DNA of 64,000 nt, taken from NCBI GenBank assembly GCA_964016885.1, contig OZ024752.1, forward strand, positions 32,550,001-32,614,000, given 5' to 3'. The stretch is from Eledone cirrhosa. Its lineage: Eukaryota. The position numbers and the translations under genes are program-made. Of the stretch, positions 13,990 to 26,800 are shown piece by piece; positions within the stretch are counted from its first letter, which is position 1, and each line of letters starts with the position of its first letter. Under the pieces are notes generated by a model, which did no database searches, was not told the DNA's origin, and saw only the letters and a list, made by a program, of their open reading frames with translations.

Positions 13990-14226
13990 ATATATGCCAT
14001 TTTAAACATGTTTAATACTTTGAACGTGTTTTAACATTCTGTATGAAACATGCTTAAATTTATTCATTTCATAACTCTTACCTCATGCATACCTTTATTA
14101 AATTTTTGCATTACAATTACCTGCTTTTCAATGCTATGATATCTTTTATATGTCTTCTGTAACACCTTTTTGCTTGTTATTTTTTGCACCTGTATTACCT
14201 TAAAGAATATCTTTATATATATAATA

Positions 14227-15092
14227 CTAGCAGCGGTACCCGGCGTTGCACGGGATAAGGTATTTTTGAAAAACTGCATGCCTGGACAATATGTAAAGAA
14301 AATAAACCGAATACTATGATGGCTGGATAATCTTTAACATTTTCGTCGGTGAAGCAGGGAAAATGCAGGTTTTCACCTAATGCGGGCCCTAGGGGATCAA
14401 GAAAATGAAATTTTTTTATGTGCATAATATGCCTTGAAATTTCGGGAAAATCGGCGAGAAGTAACGCCTCCAAAAAGCCCTAAATAGCTGAAAAAATGAA
14501 GTTTTTCACCTAATGCGGGCCCTAGGCCATAAAAATGTTGGATTTTCTTTGCTCACGGTATGAAGAAGAGACTGATTAATACATAGTTACAATTTCAAGG
14601 AAATCGGTCTGGCATAACGCCTCAAAAAACCCATAAAAACCTTTTAAAAACGCAGTTTTTCACCTAGTGAGATAAAAAAGTTGAATGTTATGTGTATAAC
14701 ACTCCTGAAACATAAGTAATACACATGTAAAGTTTGAAAGAAATCGGTTGGGTACTTCTCGAGTTTTAGGGATTCAAACTCACAGACACACACACAGACA
14801 GACATCCTCAGGGAAGTGACGTAATGCAGACAGCCAGACATACAGACAGATATTATAAGGGCAGGGCGTTATATGTATGTATCTATCTAAAAAGAGAAAG
14901 ACTAAGAATTATAGAGAGATCGCTAAATCGCCTAGGGCATTGAACATTTGAAATTTGTTTTGCTCAGGACACTCCCTGAAACATAAGTATTACATGTGTA
15001 AAGTTTGAAAATAGTCGATTGGGTGGTTCTCGAGTTTTAGGGATTCAAACACACACACACACAGACAGACATCCTCAGTTTTATATATATAA
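14227..15092 (-). mobile_element. Non-autonomous Helitron, second family
   Basis: Minus-strand 3' end cccgtgcaacgccggg-taccgctg-CTAG; 5' end tatatataaaactgaggatgtctgtctg; internal duplication 14690-14810 vs 14960-15080. Confidence 0.72.
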
Positions 15093-15290
15093 AGTGACAT
15101 ATTGAACATCTATACATATAGATGTTCAATATGTCACTTTTCACCATTGCTCCTTATACTGTAATATCTGTAACATAACATCTTTTTGTCACTCCTGCTT
15201 TTCAAGATGTCACTGACACTGTCAATAATTATGTATCTTTATCAATGTTCTGAGGACTAGGATTATAATTATTTGTTTAAACATTGTGTA

Positions 15291-15337
15291 TGCTCCGATG
15301 ATTCCAGACATTTGTCTGGAAGAAACAATTGTCAGCA
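15291..15337 (+). ncRNA. Minimal type I hammerhead ribozyme with CCGATGA core variant
   Basis: tgct CCGATGA ttccagac attt gtctggaa GAAAC aatt GTC agca attaaa. Perfect stem II and a palindromic loop III. Confidence 0.68.
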
Positions 15338-15378
15338 ATTAAATGTATTAAACTAAAATTTGATTGTTTTATATTTTT

Positions 15379-15410
<32 letters not shown>

Positions 15411-15571
15411 TGTATGTATGCATGTGTGCATGTATGCATGTGTTCGTGTATGCATGTGTTCGTGTGTGCGTGTGTAAAGTATTTCCGAAGAAAAAGCAAA
15501 GGAAAAAAAGAGTGCTCTATGTATAGAACAGAGCTAATTTAATCAGAAAGTGAACAACACAATATATAACT

Positions 15572-15641
15572 TCTCCATTACCAAAGGTTTCAAGACCTTA
15601 GACAGTATTAACATGCGTCTAGTTCGCTCATCAGACAGAGA
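15572..15641 (-). ncRNA. Type I hammerhead ribozyme
   Basis: Minus strand: tctctgt CTGATGA gcgaactagac...gtctaaggtctt GAAAC c ttt g GTA atggaga; 7-bp stem I with G-U pairs. Confidence 0.65.
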
Positions 15642-15671
15642 GGTCCTCATTTTTCCATTAACATTACAAGG

Positions 15672-15757
15672 GGTCTGACGAGCCGCGGATTTACAGAGTC
15701 GGGTCAGATCGATACAGATCGAACCTTGAGCTGATCAGTGGTGAAACGCGCGTCACC
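15672..15757 (+). ncRNA. Minimal type I hammerhead ribozyme
   Basis: ggt CTGACGA gccgc...gtggt GAAAC gcgc GTC acc; palindromic gcgc loop III; aataaa at 15762. Confidence 0.78.
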
Positions 15758-15806
15758 AACCAATAAACGTAATGAAGGAGTAACCAACTGTCCTTGTTAT
15801 CTTATT

Positions 15807-15894
<88 letters not shown>

Positions 15895-15896
<2 letters not shown>

Positions 15897-16104
15897 AACG
15901 TTCTATTTAAATTATAACTGATATAAAGCACTCGACAAATATTTGGAGTAAATATACGATATTAACAAATGGAAACTATATTTATAAAACCATATCTATT
16001 TTATTATACATATTTCAAGGATACCATGTTAAATTATGGTATCCTTGAAATATGTATAATAAAATAGATATGGTTTTTAAATATAGTTTCCATTTGTTAA
16101 TATC

Positions 16105-16106
<2 letters not shown>
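15895..16106. mobile_element. Fold-back palindrome of PLE family-A pLTR, collapsed at HHR stem II
   Basis: Arms mirror about 16030; same sequence family as 700-830; flanked by (TA)n. Confidence 0.75.
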
Positions 16107-16138
<32 letters not shown>

Positions 16139-16146
16139 GTACATTC

Positions 16147-16220
16147 ATACTGATGAGGAGAGAAAGTTGGTGATTCCTTCGCTTAATAATTTGCGAAACA
16201 GTTCCTATAACTGTCTAGGT
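16147..16220 (+). ncRNA. Hammerhead ribozyme candidate
   Basis: CTGATGA g...c GAA acagtt cctat aactgt C tag. Stem III is good (6 bp); stems I and II are weak. Confidence 0.5.
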
Positions 16221-18111
16221 ATTTCAGGCAGTTGCCCAATGTAGGTTTGTTTTTCTTTTCCTTGATTTTTTTACTTTAAATTAAGTCTGGCAAACCATAT
16301 TGTTATAGTTAGTATTTTTTTCACCCTAGTGGTCCTTTACAATTCAAACACATGTATGTTTGTATTTGTGTTTATCTCTCTTGTATATTCAATTATAATA
16401 CATATACACAGAGAGAGATTGTGAAGAAGCAGAATCCTGTAATATTTCGGTGTCAGGATTGATTACGACAAAAGAGCTACGGTACATGGAGAACGTACAC
16501 AACAACAACAAGATTATATTAATACATTATGTGATTATTAGAAAGAAGACTAGAAAATTGTTAAATTACATTTAGATATATGTTGAGAGGGAAGAATATT
16601 AGTGGCTATGTGGGTTAGTGTGTGTCTATGTGAGTCTGCCTGAGTGTAGCGAGTACATATATCTATGACAGAGGGGAGGGGGGTACGTATGTCTGTGTTT
16701 GAATATTTCTTTCTGTGTCTGTGTATACGGCGGCGGGGGCACGTGTGTGTGCGTACTTCTGTCTGTGTTTGAATATTTCTCTCACTGTGTCTGTGTGTCT
16801 ATGGAGGCGGGGGCACGTGTGTCTGTGTGCGTACTTGTGTCTGTGTTTGAATGTCTCTCTCTGTGTCTGTGTTTGAATGTCTGTGTGTGTTTGTCACTGT
16901 GTCTCTGTCTGTGTGTGTGTCATTGTGTGTGTGTCTTTGTGTGTGTGTGTCACTCTGTTTCTGTGTCTTTATAAGTATATATATACCATAGGATGTTTGT
17001 AGTCGGGTCTTAGCTTTGATCCAATGAATATACTCTACTTATAAAGAGAGTAGAAAAACATACTTTGTCTTTCTCTCACCCTCTGTCTCTGTCTCTTTCT
17101 TTCCCTCTCTCATTCTCTCTTTGTCTCGTCTTGGGCATTATGATGGTGGTTTGGCAGTATCGGTAGAGGGTCGGACAACATGCTTTGTAAGCACAGAGTT
17201 ACGCCCCTTTCTGATCCGAGTTCAAATCCTGCCGAGGTTAACTTTGCCTTTCATCGTTACGGGGTCGATAAAATAAAGTACCAGTAATACACTGGGGTAA
17301 TTGCTGGCCTTGTGCCAACAGTAGAAACAGTTATGATATGCATGCATATATATTTACACACCTTCACACACATACAGATATATATCAAAGATATATTACC
17401 CTAGAAATGTGGTTTCTGATTTAGGCACAAGGCCAACAATTTTGGGGAAGGGGAAGTTGATTATATCGACCCAGTGCATTACTGGTACTTTATTTTATCA
17501 ACCCGGCGAGGATGCGGCTGCTCGGCGTACGGCGGACGCGTGGTCTGATCTCAAGCAGCGTTTCTGTTCACTTTTCCCGTCATCGAGGGGGGGTACTCTA
17601 TCCAATTTATTAAACTATAATTTTATTTATCTGCATTGTGGCGACTTCCACACCGGAAAAGCAAACATATTTTGAAATTATTTTAATACAGGTTAAAGCG
17701 ACTAGAATTAAACACGTGGGTCGGCAGACACGTGCAACACTTGATTACTGTAAACAGCGGCGGTAACTCGTTGACATGTAGCGTTAATTATTTCCTTTGA
17801 TTGTATGAGTTCCTTTTAATAATTGTAAACACAAAAGGTAACGGGGGAACTAGTATTATTGTCGAGTCAGATTTACATACAGAAATTATTAATTAAATAT
17901 TTGGGGAAAATTAAGATCTGAGATTCAGATAACTGATATTCGAAAAACGGGTTTGACACCATATAAAGCAACATTGGTAGATATACGGTCTCTAATCCTA
18001 TGCTTGGTTTGGCTTTGAAACCCTATGTAGCACGCAACTGTGTTGAGAATGTATTCATAATACAATACAGGGCGGTCTTTTTTCTTTATCTCGTCTATGG
18101 AAACTCTAGAT

Positions 18112-18405
18112 CAGGCATGGGCAACCTTTTTCGAGAAGCGGGCCGCATGAGATATGGCTCATCATCAGGTGTGCCGCAAGCGCTAATTTACTTTCGTGCC
18201 CACATTTAAAAAAAGGGGGCGGTAACTCAGGTTGTTTTGATTTGTTTCTTCAGAATTCGTACACGTTGTTTGCTTCGATCGTAAAAATGATAGAAAGATA
18301 AATTACGACTGAAAAGTTGGGGTTAAAAAAATCAGAAAGATTTTACTTTGGTGACTTAGGCGAGCCATTCAGAAAGCTTCGCGGGCCGCAGGTTGCCCAT
18401 GACTA
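18112..18405. mobile_element. hAT (Charlie-like) MITE
   Basis: TIR caggcatgggcaacct / aggttgcccatgacta; 8-bp TSD ctctagat / ctctaaat. Confidence 0.72.
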
Positions 18406-18587
18406 CTCTAAATACTAAACATACATATTAATTAAAAAGGGGGAGTGAAGTTCTATACAAATCGAAGATTATCGGTAAAAAGTAAAAGTCGAAAAGCACA
18501 GGAATATATTCAAAAATTATTTCGTTAATCAATCAGAATAAATATTTTTATTTTTGTTACATTAAATGAATTTAAATCAATTTATCA

Positions 18588-18626
18588 AATATTACCGGTT
18601 TCGATTGGTATGTCTTATCAAATATT
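18588..18626 (-). ncRNA. Degenerate minimal hammerhead ribozyme
   Basis: Minus strand: aatat TTGATAA gac atacca atc GAAAC cg GTA atatt. Two core substitutions, probably inactive. Confidence 0.4.
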
Positions 18627-19687
18627 TTTAAAAGTGTATTCTCATATTCTGTGGGAAGTTGGAACGTGAAATTTCTCTCAAAATCACTTTTATATGCGAT
18701 TTTGCCTCATTTCTCCCCGTTTGGGGCACTTTTTTTCATAGTACTCCTTGTTTGGGTTTTTAGAGGTTGGCAGGTTTGTATATATATGTGTTGCCGAGGT
18801 TAACTTTGCTTTTCATCCTTACGGGGTCGATAAAATAAGGTATCAGTCAGGCACTGGGTCGATTTAATCGACTTTCCCCTTCCCCAAAATTGCTGGCCTT
18901 GTGCCCATATAAGAAACCATTTATGAATTTATGAAGGTAGATGGTGGAAGTGGGGGTTCAACATGTCAGGACTCAAATGATTTACTATGTAGCAACAATT
19001 ACTTTAAAAGTAAACGACCTCCCTGTTTCCATCAGCTTCATTTGACACTTCACCTCCGCCATTTTGTCCACTGGATGCAGTTGAGAGATATACCGCTCAA
19101 ACTAGGGAACTGGGGAGGTATAAAGTCTGTCGCTCCCTCCTTCAACATTTTCCTTTCTTTTCCTTATTTTAATTTTTTTTTTCATTTTATTTCTTTCCTT
19201 TTTTCTGCTATTTTTCATTTCTTTTGACACTTGTTTTCACTTCAGTTTAATTTTTCTTTCAGTTTTTTTTTAGTTTCTAAATTTGTTTATTTGTTGCTTT
19301 ACGTCTTATGTCGTTATATAATTTATCGGCTGTTCATGTCGTCTGCTGATCACAAAATTATATTTTACAAAGCTGTTTGTCTAACCCATGCTAGCGTGGA
19401 AAATGGACGTTAAACGATGATGATGATGATGATGATGGTGATGATGTTTATACAAAAAATAAAAAAATAAATAAACGAGAACAAAGAGAAATGAAAAGCA
19501 CAAAAAGAAAAAAGAATTAAGCAACGAAAGAACCCCCCCCACACACACACACACACCACCACCACCACCACCCCCACCACCACCACCAACTTTAAAATCA
19601 TCTGACATCATTTGTTATCGAAATGTACGTGTATCAAGCAACCTTCACGCCGCGCCAACTTTCAGATTTGCTGAAATATTGTATCGA

Positions 19688-19756
<69 letters not shown>

Positions 19757-19937
19757 TATAGATATATAATATATGTTGTGGAATACTGTTAGCTTCTCGC
19801 TACAACAATTTCTATACTTTTCATTTATATATATATATATATAATATATATCGCCCCTCACATGGATTTGTCAATTGCACACGACCCTCACTACCTGCCC
19901 TGTATCTATTTCTTTTCCTGCACCTGGTCTGTATATA

Positions 19938-19968
<31 letters not shown>

Positions 19969-19992
19969 CACAAACAAACCTAGACACGCGCG

Positions 19993-20027
<35 letters not shown>

Positions 20028-20271
20028 GTTTAAATATATGTTTAAATATATGTACATATAGATAAACACACGTGTGTGTGTTTGTGCTTATATATATATA
20101 TGTATGTGTGCATGTGTGTATGTATGTATATCGAATGTATGTATGTGTATAGTTGTATATCTGTTTAGAGAAAGCACTCACACGTGCTTTAGACTATAAC
20201 CGTATATTGACGCATCTACAGTGTCTATATATAAAATAAACACACGGTTAATCTTATATTGAGTGATGTAA

Positions 20272-20597
20272 TAATTGTTTCTACTGTTGGCACAAGGCCA
20301 GCAATTATCTTAGTGTATTACTGGTACTTTATTTTATCGACCCCGTAAGGATGAAAGGCAAAGTTAACCTCGGCGGGATTTGAACTCAGATCGTAAAGGC
20401 CCGTAACTCTATGCTGCAAAGCATGGCGTCCGACCCTCTACCGATACTGCCAATCCACCGCCCTTGAGTGATGTAATTGTCTCTACTTTAGGCACAAGGC
20501 CAGCAATTACTCAGTGCATTGCTGGTACTTTATTTTATCGACCCCGTAAGGATGAAAGGCAAAGTCAACCTCGGCGGGATTTGAACTCAGATCGTAA
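20272..20597 (-). mobile_element. Two tandem SINE copies
   Basis: Reverse complement of the major SINE family. Confidence 0.8.
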
Positions 20598-20688
20598 TAA
20601 TGAACTCAGATCGTAATATATATAGAGACAGAGAGATTTAACACTTCACTGCTCGCAAGTGTTTTTTAAGCTTCATATCATGTCTCCC

Positions 20689-20759
20689 TATTTTATCTGA
20701 TGAGAACGCAAATATCATCCCATGATGATATTTGTTTTTGAAATGCGCTTAATAAAATA
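20689..20759 (+). ncRNA. Type I hammerhead ribozyme in a short PLE 3'-end fragment
   Basis: tattttat CTGATGA gaac gcaaatatcat...atgatatttgt tttt GAAA t gcgc TTA ataaaata. The downstream tail also occurs inverted at 12641-12690. Confidence 0.65.
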
Positions 20760-20930
20760 CATGGAACTCTTTTAACCATCTTTTGATCTTATATATATAT
20801 ATATATATATATATAATAATGATGGCTGCGCGTTGCAAATGGTGGTGCATATGAAAAAGTAAGTCCTTCATCAGTGACCCTCCAACCGTCCCAGGCATTT
20901 CATCGCTTTAAGGGCCAGATATATATATAT

Positions 20931-21364
20931 GTAAAAGTTATATTTAATTTGTTGGGAAACAACAAGCAAATATTTTTATAACAGATATAAAGCACTCAAC
21001 AAATTTTTGGAGTAAAAATACAATATATTAACAAATGGAAACTATATTTATAAAACTATATTTATTTCATTATACATATTTCAAGGACACCAAAGCAAAT
21101 TATAGTGCGCTTTCATCAGATAAAATATAATATAGATCAGTTTTATAAACAAATATTGACATACCCTTAAATACGACCATGTCGGTGGGAAGCATCCAAC
21201 CGACATGGTCGCATTCTTTAAGGGTATGTCAACATTTGTTTATAAAACTGATCTATATTATATTTTATCTCATGAAAGCGCACCATAATTTGCTGTGGTG
21301 TCCTTGAAATATGTATAATGAAATAAATATGGTTTTGTAAATATAGTTTCCATTTGTTAATATA

Positions 21365-21366
<2 letters not shown>
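20931..21366. mobile_element. Fold-back palindrome of PLE family-A pLTR with two outward-reading HHRs (21063-21127 minus, intact; 21261-21325 plus, CTCATGA mutant)
   Basis: Arms mirror about 21192; left arm carries an extra ~90-bp tail; (TA)n on both sides. Confidence 0.8.
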
Positions 21367-21408
<42 letters not shown>

Positions 21409-21510
21409 ATAATAATAAATGTGAAGACTAAAATCCGAAGAGGGCCCGATAAGGACAATATATAAAAAGCGTACCCGTTACGGGTGAAAGCAGCGATTCT
21501 TTGCTTAAAC

Positions 21511-21578
<68 letters not shown>

Positions 21579-21941
21579 CGTCAATACTCATCTTTTTCCA
21601 TTTATCTGAGGGTTCTAAACCCCATTATCAGGCTAAAATTTCTTTAGTCAAAAATACGGTGAAAGCTATTCTATTTTCTAATTATATATCTATATATAAT
21701 ATATATATAATCTAGCTGTCGTCTGTTCTACAGTGTGGATGTAATTCACTTCGCGCAGAAGTTTTGTTCAAATTTATTGCGGAAATTTTGTGAGTTCAAA
21801 TTTAATTTTGATACAATTGTGTAGCTTGACCCCCCGTCTGAACTGTCAGGCGGTGGGTCAGCTCATCTTTACCCCTCCTAGAGGTGAAAAACTTGTTTTA
21901 AAAAATTTTGTGGCAAAAAAAATTTCAATCGTCTAACAGAA

Positions 21942-23840
21942 ATGTTAAACGCAGCGAACGAAAATAGTGGTGGGGGGACAGCGGTAAGAGTTGTAAGCTC
22001 GCACGCTTTAGTCCCCCCTTCCTTCCCAACTAACGTCATAGAGAAGGAAGGAAAAATTAAAATAAAAACAGACGAATCTGCGGAGAAAAAAAATGACGAA
22101 AACACAAATCTGGACATGGATTCCAACAACGAAAGAAAAAGATTTGAAAAATTGCATGACAATACTAATAACACAAACAAAGACACAACAAACACAAAAA
22201 TAACATTTGAAAATAACACCATAACAGAAAGCAAAGCAGACGACAAGATTTCATTTGCACAGACAACAAAGAAATCTTTGACTTATATACCGGAAAATAT
22301 TTCAGATGTGGCACGACGAATCACAGACGCCAAACAATACATAAGTGAAGGAGAGAATGGTATTTTATCGGTAAAAATGCCTCAAGAATTCACCAAAGAC
22401 ATTGAAAGCCGAACGGTCAAGTTTCGCACCATCAACAACAGTACAAAAAAACCTGAACAGCCATCTCAAGCAGATATCAAAACAGTACTCACAGAAGTAC
22501 TTAATGAAACCACTTTCATAAGAAAAGACAGACTGTATGGAAGCCTAGCAATTATCATGAAGAACGAATCGGCGGCAAAAAAATGTGCTTTGTCACCGAT
22601 TCGTTCGAAAAATTTTACCTTTTATCCATCTTATATGGGTAAAAGAACTCAACGCATATGGCTGGATGCAATGATGCCAGATGTGGACTACTGCTGGCTC
22701 ATAGCTGGCTTCATCGATCCAGTGAATGACAACGTGATTTCCATTGGGAAAACCACAGGCAATGCGTTCAGTGGAACAGGCATAGAGCTGGTAGTGCAAA
22801 TGAAGCCTGAACGCATCGCCCAAATACCCGACAGAATCCTATTAGAGGGCCACGGGTATATAAACATTAGCGTGGAGGGGAGAAGGCCGTCCTGCCATAT
22901 CTGTGCAGGCAGAGGGCACCTGAAGGCCGCTTGTCCCCAACTCAACAAAAAGAAAACCCTGCTACCAACACCAGCTCCACCACCACCACCACAACAGATA
23001 AACAAACAACAAAACTCAGTCCCACCCAACCCATCCCTCAGTAAAACCACACCACCACCACAACACAAACAGTCACAACACATTACCCCAAAACAAAATA
23101 CAGGCCCACCCAACCTCTCACTCAATAAAACAACACAACCACCGCAGACACAACACACAACACAGTCTAACATAGTGACATCCATCTCCCCCACAAAGAA
23201 AACCAACACGGAAACATTACCAGCAAACATACCTCTTCCCTCCAACACTGAAGATAACCCAACGAATTCGGAGGAAGAAACGGAGTCCTTCAGACAGATT
23301 AAAAGGAAAAAAAGAAAACATGTGCAAAACACACAAGGCCAAACAACCCCCACCCAAATCTCAACACAATCCAACAAAACAGAAAACACCCCTCCAGCAA
23401 CAAACAAAACCAAACCTGCCCCTCCCCTCTTCGAAACACTCACACCATCGGAAAAAAAGACATTACACTATACTTACATCAACAGAAACAATAATAAATT
23501 AAATGAACTCATATACAATAATCCTTCGGTACAAACCGAAGGTGTAAACTTTGTTTCTTCAGAAAACTACCCACATTTAAAACTAATAAAGATCCCAATG
23601 AACCTCTACCAAAAACTAAAAAAGGATTTTAAGGAGGACGTAGGACCACCCTCTGTCAAACCCATAAACCGCGTCCTACTAAAAAGCTTTACACCTCCCC
23701 TTCCCCTCCCCAACACAACTCCAAACACCCCAACCCCACCACACACTGACGACCCCACACCACCACAAGACACCCCTTCACCCAACACCCCCGACCCCAT
23801 GGAAGTCGTGCAGCCCGAACCCCGGGAAACGGAAAGGTAG
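21942..23840 (+). CDS. LINE ORF1 (gag-like nucleic-acid-binding protein, CCHC zinc knuckle, Pro/Thr/Gln-rich C-terminus)
   Basis: 632-aa open frame; CHICAGRGHLKAAC fits CX2CX4HX4C; lies directly upstream of the APE-RT ORF. Confidence 0.88.
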   Translation: MLNAANENSGGGTAVRVVSSHALVPPSFPTNVIEKEGKIKIKTDESAEKKNDENTNLDMDSNNERKRFEKLHDNTNNTNKDTTNTKITFENNTITESKADDKISFAQTTKKSLTYIPENISDVARRITDAKQYISEGENGILSVKMPQEFTKDIESRTVKFRTINNSTKKPEQPSQADIKTVLTEVLNETTFIRKDRLYGSLAIIMKNESAAKKCALSPIRSKNFTFYPSYMGKRTQRIWLDAMMPDVDYCWLIAGFIDPVNDNVISIGKTTGNAFSGTGIELVVQMKPERIAQIPDRILLEGHGYINISVEGRRPSCHICAGRGHLKAACPQLNKKKTLLPTPAPPPPPQQINKQQNSVPPNPSLSKTTPPPQHKQSQHITPKQNTGPPNLSLNKTTQPPQTQHTTQSNIVTSISPTKKTNTETLPANIPLPSNTEDNPTNSEEETESFRQIKRKKRKHVQNTQGQTTPTQISTQSNKTENTPPATNKTKPAPPLFETLTPSEKKTLHYTYINRNNNKLNELIYNNPSVQTEGVNFVSSENYPHLKLIKIPMNLYQKLKKDFKEDVGPPSVKPINRVLLKSFTPPLPLPNTTPNTPTPPHTDDPTPPQDTPSPNTPDPMEVVQPEPRETER

Positions 23841-23871
23841 GTCTCTACACTCCTTTGGCTCTGCCGCCCAC

Positions 23872-26800
23872 ATGGATGTGTTAAGAGTAGTATGTTTGAA
23901 TGCACGTGGCCTGGGCTCAACTTGTAAGCAAGCAAAGCTTCTAAATGACCTCAGGTCATGTAGTATAAATGTAATGGTTATCTGTGAGACTCGAATCAGC
24001 GTCGTGCGGCAGCTGGCCCCCACCTTCGATGACTTTGAGGTGCATGCATCTCTCTGTCAACCTGGAGGTGGAGGTGGGGTTGTCGTACTGCTGCAAAAAC
24101 ACCTGGGTCTTGCTGTACAGGTTGTGCACTCGGACCCGGAGGGTCGTTTGTTGGTGCTAGACGTTGGCAGTAGTGAAAGTGCGGCCTTGAGACTGGTCGC
24201 CGTCTACTCCCCTTTCGGAGCTGAACGGCCCGACTTCTTCCAGCGTTTGGAGACTTTTCTGGGAACGTCGCGTTCCCTGCTTCTAGCGGGGGATTGGAAT
24301 GACATCCTAGATGCACGTTGGGACTATGCGGGAGCATGTCCTAATAGAGGGGGATGTAACAGCCTCAAGGGGTTACTCGACCGTTTTAACTTGGTCGATA
24401 GATATCGACTAGATTTTCCAACTGTGCCTACCTGGACTTGGAGAAACCACAGTGGTCAATCTAGATCGTACTTAGATAGATTCTTAGTTAGAAGTAAGGA
24501 TAGGGACATATTAAGCTGTCCAGAAATGCGCACGGTTGGCTACACGGATCACAAATTAGTGACCTGCGTAGTCAATCTCGAGAAAACACATAAACAGGGT
24601 CCCGGTTACTGGAAACTTAATTTGTCTTTACCGGCAAAAGAGACTTACAGAAACCGGATTAGCAGATTAGTTAAGGAGAGGTTGACGGGTGCAATCGTCA
24701 ACAACCGATGGTGGGCATCTCTCAAAAGAGAGATTAGAACAGAATCAATAAGTTATAGCAAGATGTTAGCTGCCGATAGGAATAGAAACGAGAAAGAATT
24801 AACAGGCAAATTAGAAGAGGCAATCAAGAGCGAAGATGTGGCCAGAGTGCTGGCATCGAGGACGGCCTTGAACCAGTTTTTCGATGCAAAGCACGAAGGC
24901 TGCGTCATTCGAAGTAAAATACGTGCTCTAGGTAATTAGGGGGCCAAAGCCGTTGGCTGGGCCCGCGTGACAGAAGCTAAGAGTGGAAATCGATCCACCA
25001 TCCGGTTGTTGCAAGACGAAGATGGACGGGTGATCCGGGAGCCTAAGCAGATGTGTGAGGCCTTTCAAAGGCACTTTTCCCGATTGTTTGGGGGAGGCGA
25101 GGGTCCGGGCGGGGGCGGGGATTTCGGTCCATACCTCGACGGCCTGTCGCGTCTCTCGAGCGAAGAGGCAGAGTCCTGCGAGGGACCAATCTCGGCTGAT
25201 GAGATCGGAGATGCGCTGAGCCAATGCAGCAGACGCAAATCTCCAGGTCTCGATGGTATACCTTACGAACTTTATTTAGCAATGCCGGTCTTCTTCTCCG
25301 AACTCCTCGAAGCGGTCTACTACAATTGGCAGCAGAACGGGAGAATTCCTTGTTCTGTAGCCAAGGGCGTAGTCACGCTGGTGAGGAAGGACGAGAACAA
25401 GGGAGATAGTATAAATAATGTTCGGCCCATAACCCTGCTAAACACAGAGTTAAAGATTTTGGCCAAGGTGTTAGCAAAGAGGTTGGCGCTTGTCGTGGGT
25501 GGCCTGGTGGGAGATGCGCAGACATGTGCTATCCCATCCAGGTCCATTCACGAAAACCTCCACCTCATGCGATACATCATAGAGAGGGTTGGCAACAAAC
25601 CCGGCTTCGGTGGGGCCCTGATCAACTTGGATCAGTCTAAGGCCTTCGATAGGGTCGACCATGGTTACCTGGATGCGGTGCTAGCGGCGGCTGGGTTCGG
25701 TCCTGTTTTCAGAGGCTGGATCACTGCCTTACATAGCAACCACATCTGTTCTAGGATCAAGGTGAACGGCTACCTTTCGAAGCCGTTCGAAATCACACGA
25801 TCCATTCGACAGGGGTGCCCTCTCTTCTCCCTTCTGTACGTATTGACTCTCGAGCTTTTACTGAGGAAGCTGGAGTTGTTGCAGGGTATCCCCCTGGAAC
25901 CAGGATTGAGCAAAGCGGTGTCGGCCTACGCCGATGACGTAACAGTAATGGTATCGACCGACTCGGAGATCGAGGCGATCGGTACCTTACTGGAGGATTA
26001 CGAAAGGTTGTCAGGAGCGAAACTGAACCGGGAAAAATCCATCGGGCTGCAACTCGGAACGTGGAGAGGCAGACCGATGCCTCCTGACGGTGTCGTCGCA
26101 CACTGGACGGAGGGCCCGGTAAAGTTGCTTGGGATCTGGTTTGGACCGGACCTCCAGGTGGAAAAGAACTGGGACGAGGTTACGAACAAGGTGTTTGCAC
26201 TAACCCAGAAATGGGCCAAGTGTAAGCTGTCCCTAAAAGGTCGGGCGGAGGTGGCGAACATTTACATAGCGTCCGTCACTTACTACCGCCTGACTGTCGT
26301 GCCTTGCCCTAAGGAAACACTCACCACCATGGAACGCATGCTCTTCCAATTTCTTTGGAAGAAGCGCCCTCCTATGGTGAGAAGATCCATCTGCTGCCAA
26401 CAACCTTCGAAAGGGGGGCTGGGGATGCCGTGGTTGATGATGCGTAGGCACGCATTAAGGCTACGGCACCTACAGGTATTCCTCACTGGTCAACCGGTGT
26501 GGGCTCCGTTCGTGAAACGAGCCTTTCCGAGACTCGTCTCGCTCACCGAGCTACAGTCCTGGGTCAAGCAAAGATCCGGAAAACTGGGAGACTGGCACAC
26601 TGAGTGTGCTCAGGCGCTCAGGGCTCTCTGGCAAGCGGGCCAGGCCATCGGTGGAGAATCCACCTCATCATTCTATAGAGGGCTGGTGGCTAGCAGGCGC
26701 GATGACACCCTTGGAGAGTCGCTGGACATGGAAGAAGACGAACTGGCCAGCCTGTTCGGTAGGACTTTCAGCCCGGGACCAATGGACAACTTCCAGAAGT

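Noticed and set aside
20820-20880. CTGATGA on the minus strand (also 6717-6723 minus, 63290 plus, 55166-55172 minus) as hammerheads
   Set aside because: No suitably placed GAAA, stem III or NUH.
22688-23443. 251-aa antisense ORF within LINE ORF1
   Set aside because: Shadow of C/A-rich codon usage, with no recognisable domain.
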